Of a stretch of DNA of 64,000 bases, positions 63,960-64,000 are shown one piece after another. How positions within the stretch are numbered: the first letter of the stretch is position 1; every line of letters starts with the position of its first letter. The stretch lies in the sequence record MW822008.1. The stretch is one strand, 5' to 3'. The notes under the pieces are model-generated. The model saw only the letters and a list, made by a program, of their open reading frames with translations, had not been told where the DNA came from and made no database searches. The position numbers were made by a program, and so were the translations under genes.

Positions 63960-64000
63960 ATGAAAAAGTATTTGGTTGGCGGTTATACGAGAGATCGTTT
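63960..64000 (+). CDS. partial tRNA nucleotidyltransferase (CCA-adding enzyme)-like protein, truncated by window end
   Basis: MKKYLVGGYTRDR resembles the class II NTase N-terminus YLVGGAVRD; only 13 codons visible. Confidence 0.5.
   Translation, partial: MKKYLVGGYTRDR

Overview
This 64 kb window comes from a large, AT-rich (roughly one-third G+C by eye) lytic dsDNA phage. Genes are densely packed and all but one credible gene lie on the + strand. The gene set includes Rnl1, PNK, ATP-dependent DNA ligase, dCMP deaminase, ClpP, Sir2, Nudix, PhoH, NrdD/NrdG, thymidine kinase, HPF, a Dps-like protein, spanins, a LysM-lysozyme and large tail-associated proteins. Together with host sigma70-type promoters and TATAAATA-like late promoters, this suggests a T4-superfamily-related jumbo myovirus of gamma-proteobacteria, similar to RaK2/GAP32-type phages (an inference, not a database hit). 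Much of the window is small hypothetical genes that fall into several paralog families. No tRNA, rRNA, CRISPR array or transposase was seen. The most unusual signals are: (1) window-wide, frame-independent over-representation of the palindrome AGTACT (32 copies counted by hand in the first 8 kb, about 3 expected); (2) a ~515-nt, hairpin-rich, apparently non-coding transcription unit at 53.4-53.9 kb with its own promoter and terminator; (3) an FNR box centred at -41.5 upstream of the anaerobic ribonucleotide reductase genes; (4) an acyl-carrier-protein mimic with Trp in place of the phosphopantetheine Ser; (5) a Sir2 / NUDT16-like Nudix / cyclic-phosphate-receiver cluster within a broad RNA-repair and translation-rescue toolkit. 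All functional calls come from motif recognition by eye; no searches were run.
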